Source: Perkinsela sp. CCAP 1560/9 (lineage: Eukaryota; Protista; Euglenozoa: Kinetoplastea). From it: 64,000 nucleotides of DNA. The first letter of the stretch is position 1. Each line of letters starts with the position of its first letter. The DNA is taken from contig CBFFSA010000005.1 of NCBI GenBank assembly GCA_965644495.1, forward strand, positions 310,001 through 374,000, written 5' to 3'. Position numbers and translations under genes: made by a program. Under the pieces are notes generated by a model. That model did not search any database. It was given only the letters and a program-made list of their open reading frames with translations, and was not told where the DNA came from. This document shows, one piece after another, positions 19,479 through 31,100 of the stretch.

Positions 19479-20266
19479 TAATAGAAGAAAAATTTATAAA
19501 AGGGGGCTCCGGTGGTCCAAAATTGAAAAACAAAATCAAAAAAATGGGGGGTCCAGGGGGGGGGCATACGTCGCGAACTACCGCGCTACCCTCGATTATT
19601 GAAAAAAAGTGAACAAAAACAGTGAAAATATAAAGAGGAACACAGTAATATAACAGAAGCAAAAATTATAAAAGGGGGCCCCGGTGGTCCAAAACTGAAA
19701 GTAAAAATTCAAAAAAATGGGGGTCCAGATGGGGGGGCATACGTCGCGAAATTTTTTTTCGAATTTTTTGATTTTCAAAATCGAGCGCAGGGAAGTGGTA
19801 GAGTAGGCCGCGGCGATAATTTTCCACCCCCCCCCCTGGGGGTACCCCCCCTGGTACGCGCAGGAGGGGTCCGACAAGGTCAAAATTTCCGAAATTTTTG
19901 GGGTGACCGGAATTAATTTTTTTTTGACCAAAAAGAAAGTAAAAATATCATTTTTCCAAAATCGACTCCTAAAACGTATTTTAAAAGTTTTGGACCTCAG
20001 CTACCATTCTGCGACGTTTTTATCGAGAGATTCGCCTCCTGCCCCTACTAGTGAGGCATCCAAAACGGCCCAAATTCGGGTTGAAATTTCGCAATTTTTG
20101 CCGAAAAATCCAGCTTTTTCACCCAAGAAATAGATTATTCATGATCTTTTGGCCATTTTTCTTTTTTAGTCTCTTCGTTAAACGCGGTGGTAGTCTTCAA
20201 CGCGAAGTGCACAGCATGAGTGACTTCTAAGTTGAAAACAACCACCGCGTTTAACGAAGAGACTAA
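19479..20266 (-). mobile_element. Hairpin-ended interspersed repeat, copy A (reverse orientation, partly duplicated 3' end)
   Basis: Hairpin 20166-20266; homology to 46502-47420; duplicated unit 19479-19575 vs 19650-19750. Confidence 0.75.
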
Positions 20267-20357
20267 TTATTACACTGACTATACTTACATATACATGGAC
20301 ATATCCTCGGGTACTGAATAGCACTTTCATTTTTCGGGCTCTATCAGGACGATCTCT

Positions 20358-21668
20358 ATGTATCGAAGAATATCAGTGAGTCACTTTCGACGTCAAAGCG
20401 TAGAGCGGTGTTCGATTCTACAGGATAGCGTGAGAGAAACTGTGTATTACCCGGCATGCGATCCCCCAAGTTACACACCTCTTACTCCTCTTCAACATTT
20501 GTTGGACCCCTCGAAATTCGCATGGTACAATGCCGTACCGGCTTGTTATAAAATTCTTCCTGAGATTTCCAATGCAAAAGATGCTTTTATGCACCGTAAA
20601 TGGGTGCAGTGTGATATCTCCTTGGAGGCCTCGCTGAGAATTATGGAAGGAGTCTTGAACCGTCAAGGCGTTACTGTGACGGCGCTTTGCCTGGGACGCC
20701 TACTTACCGCGATGCATCGGCAGCTACACAACGTTCAACCAGAGAGGTGGATATCATTGTGTTGTGAAATTTTCGAACGCTTGGAGCTTTTTGACGTGGT
20801 AAACAGTGCTGATTTTTTTCAAGCGACACCCTTCCTAAAACCTTTACTTGCGATAGCTCTTTTGGTACCAGGCGTCGTTTTCTCTTCTTACATGCAAGAC
20901 TGCATTAAAAAAATATCTTCAAAGCCTGTTGATTATAAAAACGAAGTCGAGAAACCCTTTGAGTTCTACTTAGCTCTCAATCATCCTCATCAGAATATCA
21001 AGAGTACAGTGCTGAAGTTACAAGGACACAACGATGACGCCTCGAAATCGGGAACAGACGGAGCCGATGCCCTTCTACACATAAATCCGTTGCACGTGTG
21101 TGGCGTTTTACTGGAAGAACTAAATGTTAATAACTCAATACGAATGATTTGGCAACCGCAATCTCTATCGGCAGAGCAGAATATGATTTTGAGATTGCTA
21201 CATTCTTGGATCCATAGATTGTATACTTCTGCAGAAAAAAACACTTTAAAGTGCACTTCTGGAGAATATATTACCATTTGCCTCTCCGTACCAAAGTGTC
21301 CCCTTGAAATTCTCCAGCACGCGCTTAAATTATCAAAAGGTATGATGCCCCCTTGCAATTCGAATACAACGTGCTCAGGATCAGGGTTGCGTCATACTGA
21401 TTCGGATCCGCATGCTCATCTCTTGTTAACATCATTGTGCTTGCGCAGGCTTGCATATCATTATCAATTTAACTATGTATATCTCACCGGATTATTCACT
21501 ACTTCGGCTTCGCACCTAGAAAAGTGGGTAGCAAACGTGCCGAATTTATGTACAGAGGAAAGAAACAATTTTGTGAATCATGTAGTTAGAAGACATCACA
21601 TCAGACTACTCGAGGAACTTGGCCAAGAAAAAGAAGCTCAGGCCTTGAAGCGAAAATACAACTTGTGA
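20358..21668 (+). CDS. Hypothetical protein (Arg-rich N-terminus, possibly mitochondrial)
   Basis: 436-aa ATG ORF on the gene-cluster strand; no family recognised. Confidence 0.7.
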   Translation: MYRRISVSHFRRQSVERCSILQDSVRETVYYPACDPPSYTPLTPLQHLLDPSKFAWYNAVPACYKILPEISNAKDAFMHRKWVQCDISLEASLRIMEGVLNRQGVTVTALCLGRLLTAMHRQLHNVQPERWISLCCEIFERLELFDVVNSADFFQATPFLKPLLAIALLVPGVVFSSYMQDCIKKISSKPVDYKNEVEKPFEFYLALNHPHQNIKSTVLKLQGHNDDASKSGTDGADALLHINPLHVCGVLLEELNVNNSIRMIWQPQSLSAEQNMILRLLHSWIHRLYTSAEKNTLKCTSGEYITICLSVPKCPLEILQHALKLSKGMMPPCNSNTTCSGSGLRHTDSDPHAHLLLTSLCLRRLAYHYQFNYVYLTGLFTTSASHLEKWVANVPNLCTEERNNFVNHVVRRHHIRLLEELGQEKEAQALKRKYNL

Positions 21669-21977
21669 TTTTTTTTACACGAAAATATGGCGGTGGGGGG
21701 GTTCAAAATTCGTAAAGCTTGGCCAATTTCGGAAAGTAGCACCGCATTCGAGAGCTCTCACAGAGTTACGTGTCATCAAGGAATGTGTTTCCAGTGTTTC
21801 AATTTTCTTGCATTTTTTAGGCAGAAAAATAAGTTTTTGAAATTTGTAATTTTCTGGAGTTTCAGCGATATTTCCGGTCAGATTGAACCAATATTGCCGA
21901 ATTTTTAATATCACATTGTACCCTGCGAAAACAGATATTACGCGAGACCTTTCACCAATATAACATGTATGTCATCA

Positions 21978-22951
21978 CTAGCACAGTAGTACATCCTTAC
22001 AATACACTTGAATATCCTGTAGAATTTGTATCAAAGGAGTCTTTTCATGCACTCGGAGGGAACCATTGCACTTTTGGCCTATGGCTCCTAAGCGCATCTC
22101 TCGAGTGTCATCTGACCTCCCCAAGCTGCCCCCCTCGCTCACCAAACGTCTCTTAAGCATTGAATTGGCTCCCTCAACTGTATTTGTATGCACCCCTTCG
22201 TCGGTCACCCACTCGTCTTTGTGTTTAACACTCTCCCATCGGTACTTCCCAGCCAGACCTGTGTTATGTGGTGCCCCATCTGTCCAGATCCTCGTGCGGG
22301 ACCCTCGCGTCATTTCTTCAATTAAAGGGAGCAGGGTAGTACTTTTCTTGTCAGGAACTGGTGTTACATAGATATTCTGCAGTTTTCCAACCCGTGTCGT
22401 CCTCACACAGTGTTTGAGCTACAGTGGTTCCCGACTGACGCACTCACCGATTTCGGTTAGGCCCACCAATTTTTACTTTCGAAAGAAACGTTTCATCGAC
22501 CTGCATATAGTCAAGTTGTCCTTGCGCGACTTGTCGTCGGTGCTGGTGAGCACAAGAAACAATTTCATCGAGGCTTTGGCGCAGTTTACACGCTGTGCGC
22601 TCAGAAATTTTGCCAAACCATACCTTTGCCCTTCATTGAACGAGCGTAACAGATCAGTGCAAGAACTATCTGTACAGGAGAGATTTGAGATTTGGAAGAA
22701 AGGAGGGGTGCCTCGAGGGAGTAGCGCGCCCGGCATGTGTGTACGGGGCATACCCAATGCCCGTTTCGCATGACACATGTGCGTGAATGTCCTCGTTCGC
22801 AGCTCACACGTTGGGCAACAAGCTTGTGCAATTTCAGCCACTGAATGCACTGCAGTGCATCCCACTTCCCGACTTCGCTTAATGGTAGTCCTGCAGCGCA
22901 CTCCATATCGTCACAGCCACCGCAGATTAGGTCTTCGCTGGGCTCAGTCAT
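21978..22951 (-). pseudogene. Merlin (IS1016/IS1595-like) transposase pseudogene
   Basis: Zn-ribbon W-L...C..H...WVCP..C; catalytic MQVDETF, IWTDG, VHTNTVEG split across frames with a stop. Confidence 0.88.
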
Positions 22952-23834
22952 GAAAAAGAGAGCGTAGTGGTATGAAAAAGAATGTAATCAATATCGGAAC
23001 TCATAGAAAAACATTATCCTACCTTCACTGATGATTTTTACAAGAATCCAAAGGAAGATGTTTTTGTTTCGAAAAAAAGTGGCAAAAAAAAAATTGGTTC
23101 AATTCCACCATATTTCCTTGTGTGTTTGTCCTCTACTTTTTTCCTTTCCTCCTCGATATGCAACACAAACAACAGTAGTCTTACAACAAGGGTGTACAGG
23201 TCCTGAGTTGGCTTTGCTATAGCCCTTGCGGGCAGATTACTGGCGGGCGTGATGAGAGTGGGTGGGCGGGCGTGAATAGCGTAGTTACGGGATTGGCTGG
23301 ACTGAAAATCGACGCACTCATGAGTAAAAGCGGTATTCGCTCAACAAAAAAGCATCCGCCCAGTAAGAGAGATTCGGTCGTTTGGGCTCAAAACCGATTC
23401 TATTATTGGGAGGTGTACGATAATATTTGCTATCAAATGTGAGAACAATACGCTTTTCACAGCACGCAAGCAGTAGATTGATTTCAAGTTGAAATTTTTA
23501 ACATGTAAAGTTTTGAACAAATGTAATGGAAGTAAATTGTGGGCGCTCATACCCACACTACCCCGCTGTATGAAGGCTTAGATTAGTCCCAACATTATTT
23601 TATAGACCGCCAACATTGTTGATAAAAAATAACTAAGATGCTTGACAAGGATGGATGTCTAGCCGATTTACATCGACCTTTTTGGTTTGGATTGGAGGGA
23701 TGTCTTCGTGTTTTTTTTGGCAAAAAGGCACACACTCTACGAATGCGGTAAGGATTCGCATGCAACCATATACAAGAGCGTGTCTTAATTTAAACTTTAA
23801 ATTTTAAAGCCTACACTGTATTCTCATATCCTTC

Positions 23835-26800
23835 ATGTTGCACTCCCTTGGATGCGCTCGCTTCACAAAATCGTATCGGACAGCGAGATCTCTCTTCCTT
23901 TATCGGGTATCGTCCCTACATACTAAGCTGCCATCAGCAACAGAGTCCTGTGACAGCAAAAAAGAAGCATCCATTAATTTGGCCACCGCTTCTGTGAACG
24001 CTCCATCTCCACACACTTTTTCAGTGGCCTATCGATGTCTGAAGAGTTGTTTTGCGCAGCATGACACGAAAATATATTTGAGCCTTGAAATTACTTCGTT
24101 GAGAAATAAAGTCGCATACAAAGTATATGATGGCGCAAAAAAGGACACAAACCTCCTTAGTGCCGTGATTCCTTCTAAAGGGTTGTCACACAGGGAATCT
24201 GTCGAGCTTGCATATCTTGGTGCGTTACGTTTTCGATTTCCTGAACATTACGCTTCTTTGATAAAAAGTGTTTCATCGCTTGCTTTAGTTAATATATGGA
24301 AACCTGTTATACTCTATTTGCTTCTACGTAAGAGAACCTTCCAAATGTCCTTACGATCTCTGGTTAGTCGGTTGGCTTTTGTTACTGAGCAGATTCAAAA
24401 GAACAAGGAAAGTGATACGTTCACGGTAATTTTAACTCTACACGCCCAGCAGAAGCGCGAATTGAAGTACACAATGTCTGAATTGAGTTTATGCAAATAC
24501 CATGTCTACGTAAAAGCATTGGAAATGATTGATTCAGACATTCGCCAAGAATGGGACCGAATCTTGTGCAGCCTTCTTAATTTTACTAAGCGAGTCTCAA
24601 CGAAGAATTTCGCTAGAGTGCTGCCTAGAAAAGTTGGATGCTCAGTTGTGCTCAAAACTCAAAAGCTCAGTAACAGTGATCAATGGACTGCTTCATACCT
24701 GGTAAAGTGTTCGAAAAGTGAGCACAAAAGTAAGATTTTAGAATCCGGTGACTTGAAATCGCATCTGCAAACAAGTGCTTCAAACAAATTTATTGCATGT
24801 CTGCAGCTCTTGAAGTTACTTTACTCAGAAATGGGAAACGTCTTTGCCGTTGAAAGGCTAACTGGATTGATAGAGAAATGCAACAAACTTATATGCTCTG
24901 ACTTTGAAACCACAAAAATAATGCTGGAAAAATGTGGTGTCATTTTCAAGGAAGCACAAATTAGCATTGCTTTCTGCACTCTCACTTTTTGGAGTTTTAT
25001 GAAAGGCCGAAACACTCTTTCTCTGTGGATAGGAACAGACTCAAGTAAAACTTTTATGCGCGGCGCCGCAGAGGTAATACAGCTTCAGTTTAAATCGGAA
25101 ACATTTTTATCTACACAGGAAGATAACAGTGAACTAAACGCTATTAGCGCATCGAGAAACGACGATTCGTGCTTAAAAGGCGATTATGAAGCTCAATCAT
25201 TTTCAATCCTTAGTCAGTTGAAATCCCAGCTAAAGCATGAAGTTTCTGTGTCATATGATTCCGCTCTTCCAAGCGGCAGTACGGACGCTCAAAATACTCC
25301 CAACATAAATATCCCTCAACGTTGTAAAGTCACTTTGAAGGACATTGATGCCAAAACTTATTACGAAGTTGAAAGCGAGCATTCCGCCCATCGACTGACA
25401 CTCACTTTGCTCTCGAAGGCCTATATGAACACAGTTAAATCCCCATCAAATTCGGGCACCAACTTTTTGTTAACACCATGGATTTTGCCACCAGTGCGTT
25501 GCGATAAAACTTTTAAAGTATTGGTAGAAGGTCTAATTTGGCGAATTTATGGTATACGTTTCGAAATCGTGGTAAATTTCGCACTGGATAGGCCTGGATA
25601 TGAAGGTTTCGCCGTCCTGAATGCAGAAAAACATGTGCCTGATAATGCTGCAAAGGCAACGGATCGCTACATTACGCTAAAATCCACTTCTGCACTTACA
25701 GCTACTATGTTAAATCCGCTGCATTGTCTTGCCCGCGAGCACGGACTCAGTCATGAACAGTGCGTAAACAAAGTATATGCAGCTCTGATTCGAGAACTTC
25801 TTCCTGAATTAACCAAGGATGGTTGGTTCTCTGCTATTATTTCAAATTACGATTCTCATAGCTTTCTGCCTAAGCCGAGTTCATCCTGTATGTTGCAAAC
25901 ATTAAGAGATTCTTTTGCCACATGCTTAGGGGAACCAATTACTGAATTTTATTGTGAATCAGAAAAGAATGTCAAATTATGTAAAGGGAACGACCAACTT
26001 TCGCAGAGCTCCTACCATGGTGCGCTAGCCTCACTATTGCGCCAATATCGTCAACTCTTGAAACATCCAGATTTTTCTTCAATGCAGCAACGCATCATCG
26101 CCGCAGAAGCAACGTTATTGAAGGGCAACGTAACACGTTTTCATGCGGGTGAACTTTATTTTATGAAACACGTGGTGAAAAACGAACTTGGAATGGAATT
26201 ATGGGTCAAACGAAAATATGATACAAGTATTCGCCTGTGGTGCGTTCAAATTACGTTGTTTGGCCAAAATAATCATAGCCACGAGCTTCCTCCAGTCTAC
26301 GCGAAAAAACGGCGAATAGCGACCACGTATGCATTGATGGATTTTTGTCGGTCTTGTTTCATGCAATGGTTTGAGCGACGTTGCGAAACATTTTTTGATA
26401 TACGTGGCATACCGTTAAATTTCATTAGATTTCAGAACGCATATGATCCTTCCTCTATTTTACACATTTGGCCCAAGCCGAAAGTTTCCTGTACACTTTC
26501 GATTGTATTAGAAATTTTTGCCCGATTTGTGCAGCAATCTGTTTCATTTAAACTTACGCAAGATACTGAAGGTGGAGAATATACAGCACAAATTACCGCG
26601 ATACCGCACACTGATAAAAAGTGCGATTTGCTGACTAATTCAACGACAAACAATTGTTTGCTTCATGCGAAGGGCCCAAGTCCGATTAGTTGCTTGATAC
26701 AACTTTTCGAAAAGGTAGCAGATCCCAATAGTGAGCTCTCAGAACACATGAGGCACGAAATAAGGACGAGACTGCAGATCTCATCAGAATTTTGTAACAT

Positions 26801-27659
26801 AGGGGCTCTTAGACACATGATGCTTTACCATTTCGGATGTGATATCGGTTTAAAAGTGAAATCTAGTAGGCACTCTGATTCTGTATTGCATATTTATATA
26901 TGTGGCTCTGATGGATGCTTTGGTTTGGGTCACGAGCGGGGAAATTCACTTGGACAAACCCTGCGTACTTTAACACTTAGAATGGCAAAGAATCACATGG
27001 CTAGGTTTTTCTACATGTTTTCTTCTACTTGTTCCGTTCACTGGCCAAATTATCCGTCTATGGAAATTCCATCCTCGGACAGGGTAAATACTTTGCAGCT
27101 TATGCGTGAGGCAACCGCTAGTGGATACGGTTATACGCTAAAGGAATCAATCAGTCGTATGAAAGGAAGCTTTGTCCGTGTAACCCTACGTAGAGAGAAT
27201 GGTGCAAAAATGTTTTCACATTCGAGTCGTTCTTTGCCAATGAGTCTGATGCACTCATACGGCGCCCTTCTAAAACGAAACAGGGCGGCAATGAAATGTT
27301 TCCAAGATCTTGAAAAAAACCATTGTTATTCGCCAAGTTCTGTGAAAGACAATGATGTCGAGCTTTTACGATATATCGTACGCTATGAATTAGGACTAGA
27401 TTTAGACACGGTAAAAAAGACTGATAGTAGTAAAGAATCAAGTCGTCACCGAGTCCTCCTCTTTGCTCGAAACGAAACCAATAATGAGAAGTTATGTTTG
27501 TCAATAAGCTTTCATTCGTTCGACAGCGTTGTGGCTGAAAAAATGGCTGCAATCGCTGCCATTAATTTTCACTTTCCTTTCTATTTTTTTAGGCACAAGT
27601 TGCGTATTCCTCGCACAGCACATGTATTCGGCCCATTGAATAGCCTGAACAAAAGTTGA
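23835..27659 (+). CDS. Large hypothetical protein, putative mitochondrial presequence, repeated dsRBD-like units
   Basis: 1274-aa ORF; recurring beta-beta-beta-alpha-like segments ending e.g. AEKMAAIAAINFHFP, AKKRRIATTYAL. Confidence 0.75.
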   Translation: MLHSLGCARFTKSYRTARSLFLYRVSSLHTKLPSATESCDSKKEASINLATASVNAPSPHTFSVAYRCLKSCFAQHDTKIYLSLEITSLRNKVAYKVYDGAKKDTNLLSAVIPSKGLSHRESVELAYLGALRFRFPEHYASLIKSVSSLALVNIWKPVILYLLLRKRTFQMSLRSLVSRLAFVTEQIQKNKESDTFTVILTLHAQQKRELKYTMSELSLCKYHVYVKALEMIDSDIRQEWDRILCSLLNFTKRVSTKNFARVLPRKVGCSVVLKTQKLSNSDQWTASYLVKCSKSEHKSKILESGDLKSHLQTSASNKFIACLQLLKLLYSEMGNVFAVERLTGLIEKCNKLICSDFETTKIMLEKCGVIFKEAQISIAFCTLTFWSFMKGRNTLSLWIGTDSSKTFMRGAAEVIQLQFKSETFLSTQEDNSELNAISASRNDDSCLKGDYEAQSFSILSQLKSQLKHEVSVSYDSALPSGSTDAQNTPNINIPQRCKVTLKDIDAKTYYEVESEHSAHRLTLTLLSKAYMNTVKSPSNSGTNFLLTPWILPPVRCDKTFKVLVEGLIWRIYGIRFEIVVNFALDRPGYEGFAVLNAEKHVPDNAAKATDRYITLKSTSALTATMLNPLHCLAREHGLSHEQCVNKVYAALIRELLPELTKDGWFSAIISNYDSHSFLPKPSSSCMLQTLRDSFATCLGEPITEFYCESEKNVKLCKGNDQLSQSSYHGALASLLRQYRQLLKHPDFSSMQQRIIAAEATLLKGNVTRFHAGELYFMKHVVKNELGMELWVKRKYDTSIRLWCVQITLFGQNNHSHELPPVYAKKRRIATTYALMDFCRSCFMQWFERRCETFFDIRGIPLNFIRFQNAYDPSSILHIWPKPKVSCTLSIVLEIFARFVQQSVSFKLTQDTEGGEYTAQITAIPHTDKKCDLLTNSTTNNCLLHAKGPSPISCLIQLFEKVADPNSELSEHMRHEIRTRLQISSEFCNIGALRHMMLYHFGCDIGLKVKSSRHSDSVLHIYICGSDGCFGLGHERGNSLGQTLRTLTLRMAKNHMARFFYMFSSTCSVHWPNYPSMEIPSSDRVNTLQLMREATASGYGYTLKESISRMKGSFVRVTLRRENGAKMFSHSSRSLPMSLMHSYGALLKRNRAAMKCFQDLEKNHCYSPSSVKDNDVELLRYIVRYELGLDLDTVKKTDSSKESSRHRVLLFARNETNNEKLCLSISFHSFDSVVAEKMAAIAAINFHFPFYFFRHKLRIPRTAHVFGPLNSLNKS

Positions 27660-27817
27660 ATGATCACAATTGTCATTTCAGGCACCCCTACCCTTCACAA
27701 AAAATAAAGTTACAGGTAATGTCGGTGTGGTAGCTGCTTCGTAAAAAAGCGGTGGTTGTTGGTAAACCGGCTTCGCAAATGGCTTCCCACTAACGGCGTC
27801 GCGTATGGCTGAAAATA

Positions 27818-27888
27818 TAACTGCCGGGAGTCGAACCTGTGACCACCTGATTATGAACGGCAGGTCTTAACAACTGGACTACCTGGGT
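27818..27888 (-). pseudogene. Degenerate tRNA-like sequence (CAT at anticodon position)
   Basis: Minus strand TAGTCCAGTTGTTAAGAC (A box/D arm), TTCATAA loop, GGTTCGACTCC (B box); acceptor and anticodon stems pair poorly. Confidence 0.5.
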
Positions 27889-27933
27889 TCGAGTCCCCGG
27901 GACCTACAACCGGGACCTACGTTTTTAGGCACC

Positions 27934-28821
27934 GTGATTTGTGCCCAAATCGAGGATAGAGGGGGGGCCCCTCTTTTCTCACCCTGCTGGATCCACCCTA
28001 CCCCGGACACCATAAAGAAGGGAGAGGCAGAGGTTGTAAATGAATTTGAGAAGGTTCTCACTGACGTAAGATCTGGGTTATCAGAGCCGAATTCTCCTGC
28101 TCTGCTTCTCTTGGACAAGGCACCACAGCACACAAGCACTCTCTCACTTCAAGCATTTAACTGTAGTACGCTGTACGTTCCCGCTAAAATGACGCACGTC
28201 TTTCAACCTTGCGACCATTACATAATAGCGAATATGAAGAAAAATTTTGACCGCACATGGAGAAAATGGGTACAGGGTGTGTACGCTGATGCCACGACAT
28301 CTATTGAAGAATGCACGGCACGCATATTAACTACATCAATCCCAGTTCTAAGAACCTTGAAATATCATCAGCTTTCTGTCGCTCTTTCCTCATTAACTCC
28401 TTCAACTATACTAAAATCGTTTGGCGTAACAGGTATTTTACGCGCGGTTTATGGCAATACGAATTATGAGGTTATTTACGACTCTTTGATTCAGACGCTG
28501 TCTGCAGAAGAACTCTCGGAAGCTCAAAAAGTCTCAACTGTTATCGTCGGTGACTCAGAAAATGGTGATATGAACGAACCCATTAACACATTGGCCACAC
28601 CGACTGATACAATACATGAAAATGTGGATACAGATCATCGCGGTGAAGCCCTGGATTATGTTCTTGTAACAAAAATGGGTCGTCCTCCAAAGGAGACGCG
28701 AGTTTCTTATCACTCAGCGGAAGAAAGAAAACGTATGCATCGAAGACGACTTCATAAAAAAAGAGTTGCACATAACAATTATCAGTGGTTCTCACGGCGC
28801 CGCATAGATTCGGTAGATTAG
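27934..28821 (+). pseudogene. pogo/Tigger (DDE_1) transposase, 5'-truncated
   Basis: LLLLDKAPQH...VPAKMTHVFQPCDHYIIANMK; first catalytic D and HTH absent; AT-hook-like GRPPK. Confidence 0.82.
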
Positions 28822-29270
28822 CCAATTAGATTATTAGTGCGTGTAGGAGTAAGTGAAGGAAGAAAGAAGGACGGAAGAAAGAAAGAAGGAAGAAGTAAAT
28901 CAACATTCAAAAATATCAATGAAACAAACATTCTTAATATTTTAAAGTACCAAATGACTACCATTGTGCGTGTATTAATATGATAAAGTATGAAAATAGC
29001 GTCAAGTAATTTTAATAGGAAAATATATTTTCTAGTTTCATTGCACGAAAAAATTGGCCCCAATAAAGTTGGTCCACATAAATATTGGTCCGACTTTTTT
29101 TTCGAGCTCGAAGGACCAAATTAAAAAAATATCAAATTTTTTACTCGGCCGGTAGGGCGCTCTACGAAGATATTTTTGGGCGGAAACTGATTTCTAAAAA
29201 AAATGATTTTTGATATAACCCAAAATGACTAATTAGCTTTAATCATCATTAATTGGTACAGTATTTTTTA

Positions 29271-30779
29271 ATGACTCACTCAAAACGAAAAAGAGTTCCT
29301 CGAATCCGTGTATCCGAGCTTATCTCGGGCACCTCCTCAATAGAGGAAATAGCAACGAGTGAAATCCCTCAGAGGGAAGATATGAACGAAGAGGATTCTA
29401 CTGATTCTGCGTCCGAAGAATGTGAAACATTTGAACATAAGGCTCAACGCGTACATGACATGCTACAGAAACAACAGAGGGATGACTTTTCTAGCAACAT
29501 AGATGAGGACATCATGCGGGATGAAAAGGTGGATATTTTTAGCGTGGTTAATGAAAAAAGTGAAGCAAAGCCCCTTTCTACTTTGCCGACTCACGTTTTA
29601 AGCGCTGACAAAAAAGCTGATACCACAGGAACTATTGAAAATACTAAAAGGCGTATATCTGCTGTGCTACATGTACTGGCAAACTTCAAGAGCGAAAGAT
29701 CATTAGAACATCAGCGAAAAGAATACATTGATGTGCTAGTAAAAGATGTTTGTCGACTGTACGATTACAACGAGTTTTTGACACGTAAGCTGCTGGAAAT
29801 TTTGCCACCATCAGAAGTCGTTGAGTTCATCGAGGCCAATGAAAAGGAGAGGCCAGTCACACTACGAGTCAATACTTTAAAGTCGCGACGTCGAGAAGTG
29901 TCACACGCCCTCGCTCAACGGGGTGTGCACCTTCAAGCCCTGGAAAAATGGACTAATGTGGGGCTACAAGTATTCGAGAGCAAAGTTGCAGTCGGGGCAA
30001 CAGCGGAGTATCTTGCTGGTCATTACATGTTGCAGAGTGCAGTTTCTTTCCTTCCAGTTATCACACTGGATCCTCAGCCGAACGAGAAGGTTCTTGACCT
30101 TGCAGCAGCTCCCGGTGGAAAGTCGTCCTTTATTGTACAATTAATGGGTGATAGTGGAATGCTGTTTGCAAATGATGCATCCCGGGCTCGATGTAAATCT
30201 CTACAAGCTAATCTGCACCGCATGGGATGCTCTAGAGTTGCAATCACTTCCATGGATGGAAGAAAATACCCGAAAATGTATCTAAATTTTTTCGACAAGG
30301 TATTACTTGATGCGCCATGTACAGGAACAGGTGTAATATCGCGAGATCGGTCTATAAGAGCTTCTAAAACGCAAGAAGACTTAGATTATGCAACTGTAAT
30401 ACAAAAAGAATTGCTACTTGCTGCAATCGATTGCTGCAAGGTTGGTGGTACGATCGTTTATTCGACGTGCAGTGTTCTGTTTGAAGAAAATGAACAAGTT
30501 GCGAATTACGCGCTGAAAAAAAGGAACGTTCAAATTATGGAATCCGAGTTGAAATTTGGGCGTCCGGGGTTTGACAAAATGCGACAATATCGCTTACATT
30601 CCTCTGTCACTAAATGTCGAAGATATTTTCCTCATTTACATAACATGGACGGTTTTTTTGTTTGTAAATTGCTGAAACTCGAACATACATCAAATGATTC
30701 AAATGGTTTACAGAAGACCAATGACAACAATGAACATCGAAAAAGACCTTCTATTAAGGGGGAAAAGGTTCTAAAATAG
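29271..30779 (+). CDS. NOP2: rRNA m5C methyltransferase NOP2/NOL1
   Basis: LRVNTLK, GATAEYLAGHYMLQ, DLAAAPGGK, LLDAPCTGTGVI, VYSTCS, PHLHNMDGFFV; ATG at 29271. Confidence 0.96.
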   Translation: MTHSKRKRVPRIRVSELISGTSSIEEIATSEIPQREDMNEEDSTDSASEECETFEHKAQRVHDMLQKQQRDDFSSNIDEDIMRDEKVDIFSVVNEKSEAKPLSTLPTHVLSADKKADTTGTIENTKRRISAVLHVLANFKSERSLEHQRKEYIDVLVKDVCRLYDYNEFLTRKLLEILPPSEVVEFIEANEKERPVTLRVNTLKSRRREVSHALAQRGVHLQALEKWTNVGLQVFESKVAVGATAEYLAGHYMLQSAVSFLPVITLDPQPNEKVLDLAAAPGGKSSFIVQLMGDSGMLFANDASRARCKSLQANLHRMGCSRVAITSMDGRKYPKMYLNFFDKVLLDAPCTGTGVISRDRSIRASKTQEDLDYATVIQKELLLAAIDCCKVGGTIVYSTCSVLFEENEQVANYALKKRNVQIMESELKFGRPGFDKMRQYRLHSSVTKCRRYFPHLHNMDGFFVCKLLKLEHTSNDSNGLQKTNDNNEHRKRPSIKGEKVLK

Positions 30780-31100
30780 TGAAGGTGAATAAACTCTCAA
30801 GTATATCGGTTAATAAAGATATTAAGTGCGTGTTCAAAGCACAGTACAAATTGACATACTATCGCATAATAATTAACATTCATGCTTTTGTCACATTTTT
30901 TGTTACAAGGTTCTTACTTTTTTTGAGATTTCTTGACTTAGTTATTGATTTAATACCGAGAAAAATCACCTTTCGAGTGAAAGCCTGAGATCTGTTGCAT
31001 TTCTTCTCCCAAATAATGCTTCTTTATTTGAAAAGATTTGCAGTATACAAAAACATAATTGGTCAAGCCTTTCCCACAAGTTCATATAATTTTTGGTCCC

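Noticed and set aside
21978-22951. Bacterial IS1595 contamination
   Set aside because: Embedded among eukaryotic genes with other decayed relatives in the window; fits the eukaryotic Merlin group
23249-23305. GTGATGA...CTGA as a box C/D snoRNA
   Set aside because: Short (57 nt), no terminal stem, and no rRNA-complementary guide that I could identify
27818-27888. Functional tRNA-Met
   Set aside because: Acceptor and anticodon stems do not pair; kept only as a tRNA-like relic
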